Origin: Negaprion brevirostris
Taxonomy: Eukaryota
DNA: 64,000 bases
NCBI GenBank assembly: GCA_030324005.1
Contig: JARDVH010000099.1
Span: 70,845,786-70,909,785, forward strand
Direction of reading: 5' to 3'
A program made the position numbers and the translations under genes. This document shows positions 36,653 to 49,512 of the stretch, piece after piece. The notes beneath the pieces were generated by a model that was not told the origin of the DNA, did no database searches, and saw only the letters and a program-made list of their open reading frames with translations. How positions within the stretch are numbered: position 1 is the stretch's first letter; every line of letters starts with the position of its first letter.

Positions 36653-36969
36653 GGTCAGTTGTAGAGCTGAAGAAATAACTGGTGACTTAAAATGTGTTAC
36701 ATCTATTCTCCAATCTCCTGCCCCCCCCCATGATGCATGCAGTTATTGAGAGTCAGGTAATTTTTCGCAAGTGGTCTTGCATCCTGTTCTGCACTATTAT
36801 TCGATCTTACTTGTATGGCATTGCCTATTGCTATTGCTCTAATTTTATCCAGTGATTCATAATGAATATGCAAACAAGGCAAGGTTTGAACTTAGCTGTG
36901 ACAACACCACATTTCCCATCCACCATAGTCAAAAAATGTACCAGCTCTCTCCATCTTAACTCAGATGAC

Positions 36970-37138
36970 CCAAGTCGGACGCGGTGGGCTTGAGGAAGAG
37001 TTCTTGGAATGCTGTCAGGATAGTTTCCTTGAACAGTATGTGACGGAACCTACGAGGGAGTGAGCTATCTTAGATCTGGTGTTGTGTAACGAGGCAGGTA
37101 GAATTAGGGATCTTGTTGTGAGGGATCCTCTTGGGACG
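36970..37138 (+). mobile_element. Young CR1 ORF2 endonuclease-region fragment at a gap edge
   Basis: GLEEEFLECCQDSFLEQYVTEPTRE*AILDLVLCNEAGRIRDLVVRDPLG. Confidence 0.9.
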
Positions 37139-37344
37139 NNNNNNNNNNNNNNNNNNNNNNNNNNNNNNNNNNNNNNNNNNNNNNNNNNNNNNNNNNNNNN
37201 NNNNNNNNNNNNNNNNNNNNNNNNNNNNNNNNNNNNNNAAGGGAAAAATCTCTTTTTACTTGTGCGTAACCCAGCTGCATTTTGTCCCTCATCCTTTGAG
37301 TCCTACGTGTTTTTATATGTATTGTCACACTTTGTACCTGAGTG

Positions 37345-37685
37345 TTAGCCCTTATTACCCTACAGGTAGAGGATATAATGTTGGAGAAGTTTTGGGGTAA
37401 TTATCAAAACCCTGGTTCAACAGCTTTGGCACACTATGTACAGTTCTGGGCACGGCACACAAGGGATGATGGTAATGTGGGATTCTCTCCCACTGATTGT
37501 ATTCCCAGTAAATGCTAGCTCAGTTAATAATTCTAAATCTGATATCAAATAGACTTTTGCTAACCAAACGTATTAAAGCTTTAACTGGTAGATGTAATTA
37601 TAATCTAGATCAGCCATGATCTTGTTCAATGGAATAGAATGTGCTGTAAGGCTTAATTGGCTTGTTTCTATTCCAGTGTTTCTAA
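37345..37685 (+). mobile_element. Old CR1 3' fragment
   Basis: ACTATGTACAGTTCTGGGCAC and AGATCAGCCATGATCTTGTTCAATGG. Confidence 0.65.
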
Positions 37686-38564
37686 GGTTGGCTGATCTTT
37701 GATTCTTTTTAATGATAAGCTCTGGTAGAAGTATTGTAAGGAAATTTCAACAGGCGGCCAATTGTGTCTTAAACTAAAAGAATTCCACACTTGCATGGCA
37801 AATATCACTGTGTAAAAGATGTAATAAATTTATTAAACATAAGACATAAGATAATACAAGTGTCCAGTTGACCGGAGTTTCACAAAGGGTTAAATAGCTC
37901 TAAGGACAGAGCGACAAAATCTCTCTAAAAAAACTGAATTACAGAGTCAAATACAGGTTAACTATATGTTTTCATAATCAATAGTTCTGCCTTTCATTAG
38001 CTTAAAATCAATTCAATTTTAACAGTTATACATCAGTGCAAATCTCGTTCAAGTCCCTCAGCCAATCATAAGATACTTAATAGCATGGTGATGTCTTATT
38101 TATCCAGCTGATGCCGGATGCAGTCTCCCCTTTTGGCACTAACTAACTCCCTGTCGTTTGATAATGGCAGACGCTACCGCAAGGTCAAAATGGACATTCC
38201 CACTGGCTCACTGCCAAGTTGAATAGACCTGTGTTTCCGCATCCAGGTTCATATCTGTTCCGTGTCTGGGCAATGAATACATCTATTCATAATGTTGCAT
38301 AACATGTTCCCTCTTAGGAATGCCACCCAAAAAGATTTGCTGATTAATCTGTTCCCAGACCTTTGGCTTTTAACTATTGACTTATACTGCCATGCCTTTC
38401 GGTAATTTTTCTCGGCTAAAGCAAATAAATTGAAATACACTTATCAGCATATATTTTTAAAATCATAATTACTTGTTTTGATTCACTTACTGCATTCACA
38501 TACGTGTCAACTGTGTGAGCTTGCCCATTCATCATTTAACTATTTACTGATTCTTTGAGATCAA

Positions 38565-40330
38565 AAAGGAGGGGTGGTATTGGGGTTCTTGAGAAACATT
38601 AAAATAGGCAAGTCCTCGGGGCCTGATGGGATATACCTCAGAATACTGAGAGAAGCAAAGGAGGAAATTGGTGGGGCCTTGAGAGAAATCTTTGTTTCCT
38701 CATTGGCTACAGGAGAGGTCCCAGAGGGTTGGAGAATAGCCAATGTTATTCCTTTGTTTAAGAAGGGTAGCAAGAATAATCCAGGTTGGTGAACTTCACG
38801 TCAGCCATAGGGAAATTACTGGAGAGGATTCTTCGAGACAGGATTTATTCCCAGTTGGAAATCAGTGGACGTATTAGCGAGAGGCAACATGGTTTTGTGA
38901 CGGGAAGGTCGTGTCTCATGAACTTGATTGAGTTTTTCAAGGAAGTGAAGAAGATGATTGAGGGTAGGGCAGTAGATGTTGTCTATATGGACTTTAGTAA
39001 GGCCTTTGACAAGGTCCCTCATGGCGGACTGGTGCAGAAGTGAAGTCACATGGGATCAGAGGTGAATTGGCAAGGTCGGTACAAAACTGACTCGGTCAAA
39101 GAAGACAGAGGGTAGCAGTGGAAGAGTGCATTTCTGAATGGAGGGCTGTGACAAGTGGCATTCCTCAGGGATCAGTGCTGGGATCTTTGATGTTTGTAAT
39201 ATATATATATACGTAAATGATTTGGAGGAAAATGTAACTGGTTTGGTTAGTATGTTTGCGGACAGCAATGAGGCCCATCAGAGGATACAGCAGGATATAG
39301 ATCAGTTGGAGACTTGGGTGGAGAGATGGCAGTTGGAGTCCAATCTGGACAAATCTGAGGTAATGCATTTTGAAAGGTTGAATACAGATAGGAAATATAC
39401 AGTAAATGGCAGAACTCTTAAGACTATCGATAGGCAAAGGGATCTGGGTGTACAGGTACACAGGTCACTGAAAGTGGCATTGCAGGTGGAGAAGGTAGTC
39501 AAGAAGGCATATGGCATGCTTGTCTTCATCAGCTGGGGCATTGAGTTTAAAAATTGGCAAGTCATGTTGCAGCTTTATAGAACGTTAGGCCGCATTTGGA
39601 ATATAGTGTTCACTTCTAGTTGCCATGCTACCAGAAGACTTGGNNNNNNNNNNNNNNNNNNNNNNNNNNNNNNNNNNNNNNNNNNNNNNNNNNNNNNNNN
39701 NNNNNNNNNNNNNNNNNNNNNNNNNNNNNNNNNNNNNNNNNNNATTGAGTTTAACAACTGGGTAGCCATGTTGCAGCTTTATAGAACCTTAGTTAGGCCG
39801 CACTTGGAATATAGTGTTCAGTTCTGGTCACCGCACTGCCAGAAGGATATGGAGGCTTTGGAGAGAGCACAGAAAAGATTTATCAGGATGTTGCCTGGTA
39901 TGGAGGACATTTGCTATGAAGAGATGTTGGAGAAACTTGGTTTGTTCTCACTGGAATGACGGAGGTTGAGGAGCGACCTGATAGATTATGAGAGGCACAG
40001 ACAGAGTGGATAGTCAGAAGCTTTTTCCCAGGGTGAAAGATTCAATTACTAGGGGGCACAGTTTTAAGGTGAGAGGGGCAAGGTTTAAAGGAGCTATATG
40101 AGACACGTTTTTTACACAGAGGGTGATGGGTGCCTGGAACTCGCTGCCGGGAAGGTAGTGGAAGCAGATACGATATTGAGTTTTCAGGGCTGACTGGACA
40201 AATACATGAATAGGATGGGAATATAGGGATACGGTCCCTGGAAGGGTAGGGGGTTTTAGTAAGTCGGACAGCATGGTCAGTGCAGGCTTGGAGGGCCAAA
40301 GGGCCTGCTCCTGTGCTGTAATTTTCTTTG
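38565..40330 (+). mobile_element. CR1 LINE, 3' 1.75 kb (RT and 3' UTR), relatively young but disrupted
   Basis: KSSGPDGIYLRILRE, WRIANVIPLFKKG, QHGFVTGRSCLMNLIEFF, VYMDFSKAFDKVPHG, GIPQGSVLG, MFAD and LYRTLVRPHLEYSVQFWSP. About 100 bp is duplicated across the gap. Confidence 0.96.
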
Positions 40331-40929
40331 TCCTCTGAAAGACTGCATTCTGTCTATAAATCTTATTAGCTGGTTAGAAATCCCTTTCCACAAGAAAATG
40401 AGTATCATATGAATCAAAATTCAGAAAAACTGATGGATGAGTCAAACAACAAACTCAGGAAGTCCAATTAATGCAAGCTAACAATTAAGGGTTCATTTGA
40501 CTTGCCAGAGTATTCATTCTGTCATCTCAGGAGAAAGCCCAAACAATGTTATAGATCATTACTGTCAGGATAAAGGGATTTATTTAGATCTGCCATGAGA
40601 AATTTGTTCACCTGAGCTCTGATTGTTCAGTTGTTAAAATGTTCATGTTATATTGTGGCTTTCTAATGCCACCAAGAGATTTCAGACTCGGAATGAAAAG
40701 AATTTACTGAATAGCAAAACTTGGGTACAGGAAGTTTGCAGCTCTGTGCTGTCCTAGAGCAGAGCTCCAGTTTTCACATAAGCACTTCATAGCTGCTCAG
40801 TGATTCTGCCTCAGAGAGGGTTCCACCCTCTGGTGTGGTCATTCCCTCACTCAGTTTCCATTGTTTCCTCAAGTGAAGTGACTCACCTCTGCTATCTTAA
40901 AGAAGTGGTCACCATATGTACACAGTTCA

Positions 40930-41085
40930 AGAATGAGATTATTGGAATTTAGGACCGTAAAAGATTTAAGGACTATGGAGATAGGGAGGCAAGGTGAAGT
41001 TGAGCTAGAAAATCAGTATACACAATCTTGTTGAATGGCGGATCAGATTCAAGAGGCATAGTGGCCATATCCTGCTTCAATTTAA
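40930..41085 (+). mobile_element. CR1 3' tail
   Basis: AAGGACTATGGAGATAGG...ATCTTGTTGAATGGCGGATCAG...TCCTGCTTC. Confidence 0.65.
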
Positions 41086-42309
41086 TTTCTGACTACATCT
41101 CTCATTGTGCATCCATCTGAATGTACGGCAGCAGTTTGTGGAAAGAATTCTGAGTATGCACTAAAGCTGCCTTCCTTGAGTCCAACCACATTTTGAAAGT
41201 TGATCTTAATAGAAGTGAGTTTACAAACATGTTTGTAAATCCTGCCCTCCTCAGAAATATTTGAAGAAGGGTGGCAATATATCCGTGGAAAATCGTTTAT
41301 TTCTAGTGCTGAATGCTGTAAGGATAAATGTGCATTTGTTTTCCTTCCATAAAATATCAAAACAATGAAAAGTGTTAACTTTTAACCTCTTTGAGCTTAC
41401 TATATTCAAGGGATTGGCTTACGCAATTTTGCTTTTTAGTTACGTGAGGTTAGTCATGTAACTGTGATATGTGCGAAGGACGAAACTTCCCAGGAAAGTC
41501 ATTATAAATAATAAATGGAATTTCAATAAATTTAAAAACACAGGTTCAGTTATTAATATTTAAGTTTTAAAGTTTCTTGTATGTTTCTTCCGTGGCTAGA
41601 AAAACAAAATAGAACTTTTGAGCAAAAACAATTGAACTTGAATAACTTGTAGAGTTTGAAAGTTGTGAATAATGAGGAGATTTAGGATTTTTCCAAGGTA
41701 ACTTTTGCAAAAAGTTAATATACATTGAGGGTGTAGGTGTGGTGCTTACTTGGGGGTTGTGGGAGGATAAAAGGGAATCCATGTTGGGCTTGGTCTGGGT
41801 ATTTAAAATAGTTACACTGAAGTTAGAAGCGCTTTTGTCCCTTCCAACTCTTTGAGTAACTATTACCATATCACTGGCAGAGCCATCTGAAATTAGCAAT
41901 TTCCCAGCACTGCACAATTTTCCAGGGGAAGTTGGCGCATTTGGACAATCGCTGGGTGAACCCTTACCTGGGAACTTCCGAGACGAATTACCCTGCACAT
42001 CTTTGGGGTACCTCCCAACTTTAGTGCTGGGGCACCAGACAGTTACAGGCCACTGTGTTTAGTGTTGCTTCAGTAATGTGTCATTTACTCAACTGAATCA
42101 TTATGACTTCCTGTAATTTTCGACTGCTGATCATACAATATATAGATATCAGCTAATAGCAAAAGGTAGCATTTATGCTAGATAAAAGTTCATATTACAT
42201 ATTAAACAAATACAAGGGCCTCATAGGAAATACATAGGGGATCATGATATGCGATTCATGAATTTGCAATAGTATTGACAAAGTAGAAAAAAATTGCCTG
42301 GGAATAGTT

Positions 42310-42373
42310 AATATTTAATGTTTAGAAATATTGAACAAGGAAATATTTAATGTTTAGAAATGTTGAACAAGGA
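42310..42373. repeat. Two-copy tandem duplication, 32 bp, 1 mismatch
   Basis: AATATTTAATGTTTAGAAAT(A/G)TTGAACAAGGA occurs twice. Confidence 0.9.
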
Positions 42374-44094
42374 AAGAAAATTCCAGTTGTAAAGTGGGTG
42401 AATATTCATTAACCAATTTAGTATACAGCTCAAATAGTCTCAGGAGTGTCTTTCATAGTTTGGAGGAAAAATATTCAGATTTTTGCAGGATTTAAATCTT
42501 GTTCTTGTTAGTCTCGTTAATGCTTTATAAGTGTTTTCAATGCTTAAACATGCGTCTATTCAAAGGCAGTACTGGTTTGGAAACAAATGTATAATATTTT
42601 GGCAGTGCTTTCAGTTAACAGAAAATAAGGATTGATAGCAGTTTTAGCCTGAAAGTTATGGATGAAAGGATTTTCAGTCCAATTCTGCAACCAACCAACC
42701 TTTGAATCTCCCTAGGGCTATTACTCTTTCTGCATGCATCATATTCCATAGCACTGGTCAAAGGCTAACCCTGATTCTAAAGCAGTACTTAGCAAGTATT
42801 GTGCCATGGCCCTTGGGTGATTTGTAATCTTAATCCATTTTACTTCTGTCTAATCCCAGGATGATCTGGATAAATCCTATCAAACTTGGTGAAGTAGCTA
42901 ATAGATCTTGATGCTCACGCCAGGAGGCTACAAAATTATTTAAAATTTTATATAAAGATGATCAACAAAGTAAACTGTATAACCAATAGCAAATGCTGAC
43001 AGTTTTCTGGGATAAACAGCCAGATGTCATTATCAACATATAGGGGTAGAGTTTCCCATGGGAAATTGCACTCAAGCGGAGTATATGATTTGGTTATTCT
43101 TCAAGTTTCTGCTAAAATTAATTTGTACAAATGCAAACTAAAATCCTCCATGGGCTAGTGTGAACAGGCAATGTTATTAGTTGTTTCTCGTTTTTCTTAT
43201 TTTTCCCCTTTCCATTATAAAGTACTCAGTGTTATTGAGTGGTAGCCTGGTGTCGTCTTATTAGTATAGCTGAGAATGGGGCTAGCACCAAAAAACAGCC
43301 TTTTTAAAAAAGGGTGTCTTTTTTTCACCTTTGACCTGGTTTAAAATTGATTTTAAATAACCTTAAACTAGAAAATAATTCAGTTGTAATTTACTTCGCT
43401 GGCTTCTCAGTAAATTAAGTATTTTTGATGTGGAAAATGTCTCAAACGTGGCTACAGATGCCTGTGTACCGAAGAAAATGAACACAATTTAATCAGCTCT
43501 CAATTTTGACTTTAGGGCATGAACACTTCAGTATTCAGGAGCTGATTTGGGAAAACTGAATCTTCAAAGTAGCATATAAAACTTGTGGAGAACAGTAATG
43601 TAACTGGTTTTGAGCATAGTTGGTACGCATTTCAAATTCCACCTGATTTACCCATTTCCTCCTAGAATTATGTTGGCACCTGAGTNNNNNNNNNNNNNNN
43701 NCCCTGCCTGCCCCCCCCCCCGGCACACACACATCAACATGCGCGCACAGCGCTGCAGCAGTGTTCTAGGGCGTGTAGGCTATGATACTGATAGCATCAA
43801 TCTCATTTATATTCTGTCTCAGGACTGCCTAGCTCCAATTTCGGAATAGTTCAACGACAACATTGGTTCACCCTTCTCACCTCGTCAGACCCTTGGAGAA
43901 ACTCGAATCAACAGAGGTCATGAAGGACAATTTTGTTTAGATGTTTTGGAAAAGGAATATTGCTTCTTTGTTGTTTTATCATTTGATGAAACTTGTTCTA
44001 AGTTTGCAGTTTTGGACTTCATAACTTTGAGAGATTGTTGAGATGATAGAAGTATGCTGTATCTCCAGTTGAATTGGATACTCAGTGAGACCTT

Positions 44095-45085
44095 AGTGTC
44101 CTTGTGCATCAGTCACTGAAAGTAAGAATGCAGGTATAGCAGGCAGTAAAGAAGACAAATGCTATGTTGGCCTTCATAGCAAAAGGATTTGAATACTAGG
44201 TTAGTGGTGTTTTTTATTACAATTGTATAGGATGTTGGTGAGGCCACACCTGGAGTGTTATGTGCAGTTTTGGTGTCCTTATCTGAGGAGGGATGTCCTT
44301 GATATAGAGGGACAGCAAAGGTTTACCAGGCTGATTTCTGGGATGTCATATGAAGAGAGATTAAATCGGTTAGGATTATATTCATCCGAGTTTAGAAGAG
44401 TGAGAGGGGATCTCCTGGAAACTTATGAAATTCCAACAGGATGAGACAGGGTAAGTTCAGAAAGAATATTCCCAATGATGGGGGAGTCCAGAACTAGGGA
44501 TCGTAGTTTGAGGATAAAGGGTAAACCTTTTAGGACTGAGGAGAAATTTCTTCAGCCAAAGAATGGTAAATCTGTGGAATTCAATACCACAGAAATTGGG
44601 CACAATGGTTAGCGCTGCTGCCTCATAGCCAGGCACTTGAGTTCAATTCCTGGCTTGGGTCACTGTCTGTACGGAGTCTGCAAGTTTTCCCTGTGTCTAT
44701 GTGGATTTTCTCCAAGTGCTCCAGTTTCTTCCCATAGTCCAAAAGACACACTGGTTAGGTGCATTGCCCATGCTAAATTCTCCCTCAGTATACCTGACAA
44801 GTGTTGGAGTGTGGCGACTAGAATATTTTCACAGTAACTTCTTTGTAGTGTTAATGTAAGCTACTTGTAACAATAATAAAATAAACTTTAAAAAAATTAG
44901 TTGAGGCCAAAGCGTTGTGTGAATGCAAGAAGAAATTAGATATAACTCTTTGGACTAAAGGGATCAAGGGATATAGGGGAAGAGGGATCAGGATATTGAA
45001 TTTGATGTTCAGGCATGATCAAAATGAATGGCTGACCAGGCTCGAAGGACTGAATGGCCAACTCGTGCTTCTAGTTTCTATGCTA
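44095..45085 (+). mobile_element. CR1 3' portion split by a SINE
   Basis: LYRMLVRPHLECYVQFWCPYLRRDV...MSYEERLNRLGLYS; resumes about 44895 and runs to a CR1 tail. Confidence 0.92.
44598..44890 (+). mobile_element. HE1-type SINE with type B tail
   Basis: tRNA head and V-domain, then GTGTGGCGACTAGAATATTTTCACAGTAACTTC...TTAATGTAAGCTACTTGTAACAATAATAAA. Confidence 0.88.
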
Positions 45086-45879
45086 TGAGGAACTCACTAT
45101 TAATATCTCTTGTATGCTGCTTGATATAAGTTAATACAAATATTAATACTCAAAAAATTAATACTCCTTTTGTTAGAAGACAGATTAAAGGTTTAAAGTT
45201 ATGGAGGAATGGGACAGAATAGAAAGGCTTTCTGATGGTTGAAGGGTTTAAAAGCAGGGAACGTAGATGCATGATTAAATGTGACAGATTTTAGGATGAA
45301 GAACAACAGAATTTGTTTATTTTTACACAAAAATAAGCTTGTGCTTGTAGATTATACTGCTGGAATTAATGGTTGAAGAAAAAGCTGCATAGCCTCGAAA
45401 GAAAGGGTAATTAAGGGATATGCTAACAGGACGGGCAATTCAGACTTGAGCCAATTGGAATGCCTGTTTCAGTGATGTCATTTCTATGTCATCGGGTGAA
45501 CACTGAAACAAAATGGTATCCTGGATATGATTTGACCCTATATTGAAATTTCCAGTATTTGCACCAGAGCATTAAAAAAAAAAATGTATTTATCATTATG
45601 TAGTTCCACAAGGACTGTGGGAGACACCAGATACTTGTTTTGCAATTATGCAAGCATAATTGTGGATCACTTCTCATACATTATTGTTGTATGGAGTTCT
45701 GCTGTAATTTCCTCCTCTCCTTCTTCCATGCCCCCCCACTCAATTTTTTCCCCTTCTCGCCTGAAGATATTCTCACTCACCGGGGTGTCATACTGCACAT
45801 ACCTTCAGTGACCTTGCACAAACGTTCTTCCTTCATGTTGATGAGTGTTGGAAAAAACTCAGTCCCAATGTCTTCTGTG

Positions 45880-46020
45880 TGTTTCCCAGCAGGGGTCACT
45901 GGATAACAATTGGGAACAGGAACTCTGGCTGATTTTCTTTTTCTTCTCTCTAACACAGAGGCAGAGTGATATTCTCATCCCTGCCAACATCAACTAAATC
46001 ACTGGAGACCTTTTGATCTA
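45880..46020 (-). mobile_element. Old unassigned SINE-like repeat (related to 55985-56195)
   Basis: TTTCCCAGCAGGGGTCACTGGATA...CTGGCTGATTTT...ATCAACTAA shares motifs with 56026-56160. Confidence 0.4.
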
Positions 46021-47345
46021 AATCTAAAATGTCACCCAATGTGAAGTCCTGGAATCAATGATGTATGCAAAACAATACATCCTGTCAGCATCCTTTAAAC
46101 TACTTTCTAAAGATTGGAACAAATTAAATGAGCTGTGATAAAATGCTAATTATAATATAATTTATAGAAATATAAAACCTATCGAATTGAGCTTTTTGTA
46201 ATCATATGTCTTGCAACACGTTCTATAGCTAATATATTTTGACTGTTCCCAACCAGGTGCCTTGAGGGGCTATGGTCTTAGGAAAGAATTTCCTTTCTCC
46301 AGATTTAATTTATTGTGACTGGATTAATTTTAAAGTCCATTTTATTACGTAGCATTTTAGTATTTTACCATCTATAGAGTCAGTGCTTTGAGGTGAATCA
46401 GTGAGTCTGGTCAGATTTTAACCTGGGATGGACTGTACAGTGATGTGGTATGGACCACGTTCTGTGTGTTTGTCTATTTTTGCATTAGATACAATGGTTT
46501 TTCTTAATCTTGATGTGGCATTGAAAAAGCAAAACTTCAATAAATATTGCTCAGTTTATTATCTGCTATAAAACAGGGAGTACTTGGACTATAAAGCAAG
46601 AAGATGATCTGGGGAGTGTTTTAAGTTTGAAATAAGCAAAAAACTTTAAAAAACAAAGTAGTGTCAAAAGAAACACACACTTGTCCTCCTTGTATATTAC
46701 CATGCACATAAGTATCAACCTTCCATGGCCTCTCAATTCTTAATTACACACAAACCTCTGCACTGCATTCCGTAGTTTCTATTTATTTTAGTCTCTGGTG
46801 GCTAGTAATGTCATCAGTGTTTCCGTGAATGTTTTTCTAGAATAGATTATTAGTGCTAGTGGATTAATAGGGCATTGTGTTCAGCATCTCATTAGAAACT
46901 GCCTGCATCACAATAATCGTAAGTTTTTCTAATCTTACTGTACCTATCAAATTTGCCTTCTAGCTTCACGTTCAAATTCATAATTATCAATACCAGTCAG
47001 TACAGCTGGGGCATTAAGATTTTTATAATTTTTGATGTAAAATAAACAATTTACTTCATATATTAAAGCAAATACCTCAAAATAAGTTAGTTTCTAAATT
47101 CCTTCCTAACAGATATCAGCATTTCATTTTCTTGGCTTGGAAAGTTGACTAGAATTCTCATATCCTACACAGGCAACAACAATATGTTAATATTAAAAGA
47201 TACTGTAAGGGAGAGGGTATTGGAACATGAGAATGAGGACAAGTGCTTGCTGCTGTTAAGGTTATTTGGAAAGCTGTTTCCGATGAATTCTTTGATTTTG
47301 GGATTAACAGTTGTATAAATGGTGCTCCTTTCTGGTGCCTTTGTT

Positions 47346-47562
47346 TTTTGATTTGATTTATTATTGTCATATGTATTAATATACAGTGAAAAGTATTGTT
47401 TCTTGCACACCATACAGACAAAGCATACCATACATAGAGAAGGAAAGGAGAGGTGGAGAATGCAGTATTATAATCATAGCTTGGGTGCAGAAAAGAACAA
47501 CTTAATGCGAGGTAGGTCTATTCAAAAGTCTGACGGCAGCAGAAAATAAACTATTTTTGAGT
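47346..47562 (-). mobile_element. Rex1/Babar 3' end
   Basis: Reverse complement of 15955-16150 and 62858-63050; LKNSLFSAAVRLLN. Confidence 0.88.
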
Positions 47563-47781
47563 GGGACCATACCCAGTGAGGAGCCATAAAGACAGACATA
47601 TTTGCATACATATAGCCTCTTTTGTAACCTTGACATCCCAAAGGTTTTTATAACCAATTGAAGCTTGTGTGCATCAAGTTTGCAAAATAGCAATGTGATT
47701 TTTTTATAGCAGAGAAGCACAAAACATTTGCAGCCAAATTAGTGAGTTGATTAATTCTATCATCTTGAAAATTATTTGATT

Positions 47782-48105
47782 TTTTTCCCTCTAAAAATGT
47801 ACTTTATTCATAAAATTTGTAAAAGTTCATTGTAAAATTTTTCAAATTGAAACTTACTGCAAGTGTCATAGAATTCAACTTTTCTTCATGCAACTTGCCA
47901 CACTATGGTGTCTCAATGCAATGTTAGCACCCTCTATTTACAATAGTTCCATCACAGGCATCTGAGGGGTTCTACAATGTACTATGGCTGAAAGCCTTGG
48001 ATATTGGCCTTTCTCATTGTCCATCTGAGGCCATTGCCCGAAGCTTTATTATATAATTCAGCTCGATGTCCTGGATCTCAGAATGGACCAGTTGGCAACA
48101 CTCGC
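47782..48105 (-). mobile_element. Tx1/L1-group LINE 3' end, decayed
   Basis: The minus strand reads ECCQLVHSEIQDIELNYIIKLRAMASDGQ*EK, resembling the ECCRLAHSKVQDYVLRD..QWGK C-terminus I recall for fish and shark Tx1 elements. The UTR ends ATGAATAAAGTACATTTTT..GAAAAAA. Confidence 0.65.
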
Positions 48106-49232
48106 TTGAACAATGACTGAACAGTGTTAATTATGGAATTAAAATTCAATAGAATCAATTATGCCCAAGCTAAACACAAGGCCATGTCGACTTAGAAAGT
48201 GGAACAGGTTTGTAGCTTCACTTATGACCTTCCTGGGTCAGCTCTGCTGCAATCCTGCCTTTCCACCCCTCCAATGCCATAAAGAGTGCTGTGCACTGAC
48301 AGGGGACCTATATGCTTTTAAATGGATATACTGAGTAAAAGTTCATGAAACCTTTACTGACTGACGACTTGCCCACTGAACCTGCACAGGGAGACCCACT
48401 TCACAAAACTAATTCCTTCCGTATGTTCTGATGGCCTGTGTCAGATTTATGGACCTTGCTTTGTGGAGAGCTTTTAGGCTTTGCATTCTGCCTATAGGTG
48501 TTGTTTTGCACCTGTAGGAGGGCAATTGTTTGATTGGATATTTTAGTACTTTATTCTAGCACCTAGATGCAGAATTCACTGTGTGCAACAATTTCTGATC
48601 CATCTGATGCAAAGCAACTGGCATAAAGTTCTCTGTCGCATATTTGACCAGTTTTGTTCATGGGGACAACCTAAACCTGCCCAAGATTATAGATTATGTT
48701 GACTTACGGATAAATATTTGCCTAGATAAGTCTCCTGCTCTTCTTTAAAATAGTGCCAAAAGGTCTTGAGTCCACCCAACATAGGAAGTATGTGCATATG
48801 TTTATGGAATACTTTATATGGCTTTACTAGAAGGCAAAAATGTTAGCTATCATTTAATAATTCTCCAGTTCTATTCTGTCTCAACTTGTGCATGGATATA
48901 TGCTTGGTTTTGTAGATCTAATTACTCTCAGTTAAAATGAAAGATTAGGGTATCTTGCTGCAGCTGTTCAAACAAGCACTATTCAGGTGTAGCTGTGATT
49001 TAGTTATCAGTTGTCATGGGAGCAGCACCTTGTACTTTTTTTAGCAACTTTTCTAAATGGGCTTGAGCAATGAGAACATGATTCCAATGATTCCTAATGT
49101 CAGTGCTGAAAGGTTTAGCAAAATAATTGCAGCATTTTAGGTGTGCATTTTAGTTCCAAACTGAAATCTGGGAATTGGGAGCATTGCACATTGGGCAATT
49201 TGACAGCATCTAATTTGCTCCCAGACACAATT

Positions 49233-49512
49233 TAAGTTTAAGGTTTATTAGTGTCTCAAGTACACTTTACATTAATATTGTAATGATGTTACTGTGAAAA
49301 TCCCCTACTTGCCACATTCTGGCACCTGTTCGGGTTCACTGGCATGGTCAGTGCACATAACCAGCACATCTATTGGACTGTAGGAAGAAACCTGAGCACC
49401 CTGGAGGAAATCCATGCAGACATGGGGAGAACATGCAAACTCTACACAAACAGTGACCCAAGCTGAGATTGAACCCAGGCCCCTGTAGCTGTGCTAACCA
49501 TTGTGCCACCAT
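49233..49512 (-). mobile_element. HE1-type SINE with type B tail
   Basis: TTTATTAGTGTCTCAAGT...GTTACTGTGAAAATCCCCT...GTGCTAACCATTGTGCCACC. Confidence 0.88.

Noticed and set aside
39138-39959. 273-aa ORF as a functional gene
   Set aside because: It is a frameshifted CR1 RT piece spanning a gap, with a duplicated segment.
41567-41998. 143-aa minus-strand ORF in a GC-richer patch
   Set aside because: No recognisable protein motif; more likely an unassigned repeat.
42310-42373. 32-36 bp repeats (also 5939-6004 and 28536-28606) as CRISPR-like arrays
   Set aside because: Only two copies, no unique spacers, and a eukaryotic context; these are simple slippage duplications.
48481-48527. Hairpin CCTATAGGTG/CACCTGTAGG as a pre-miRNA
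   Set aside because: The stem is too short and no known mature miRNA sequence is recognisable.
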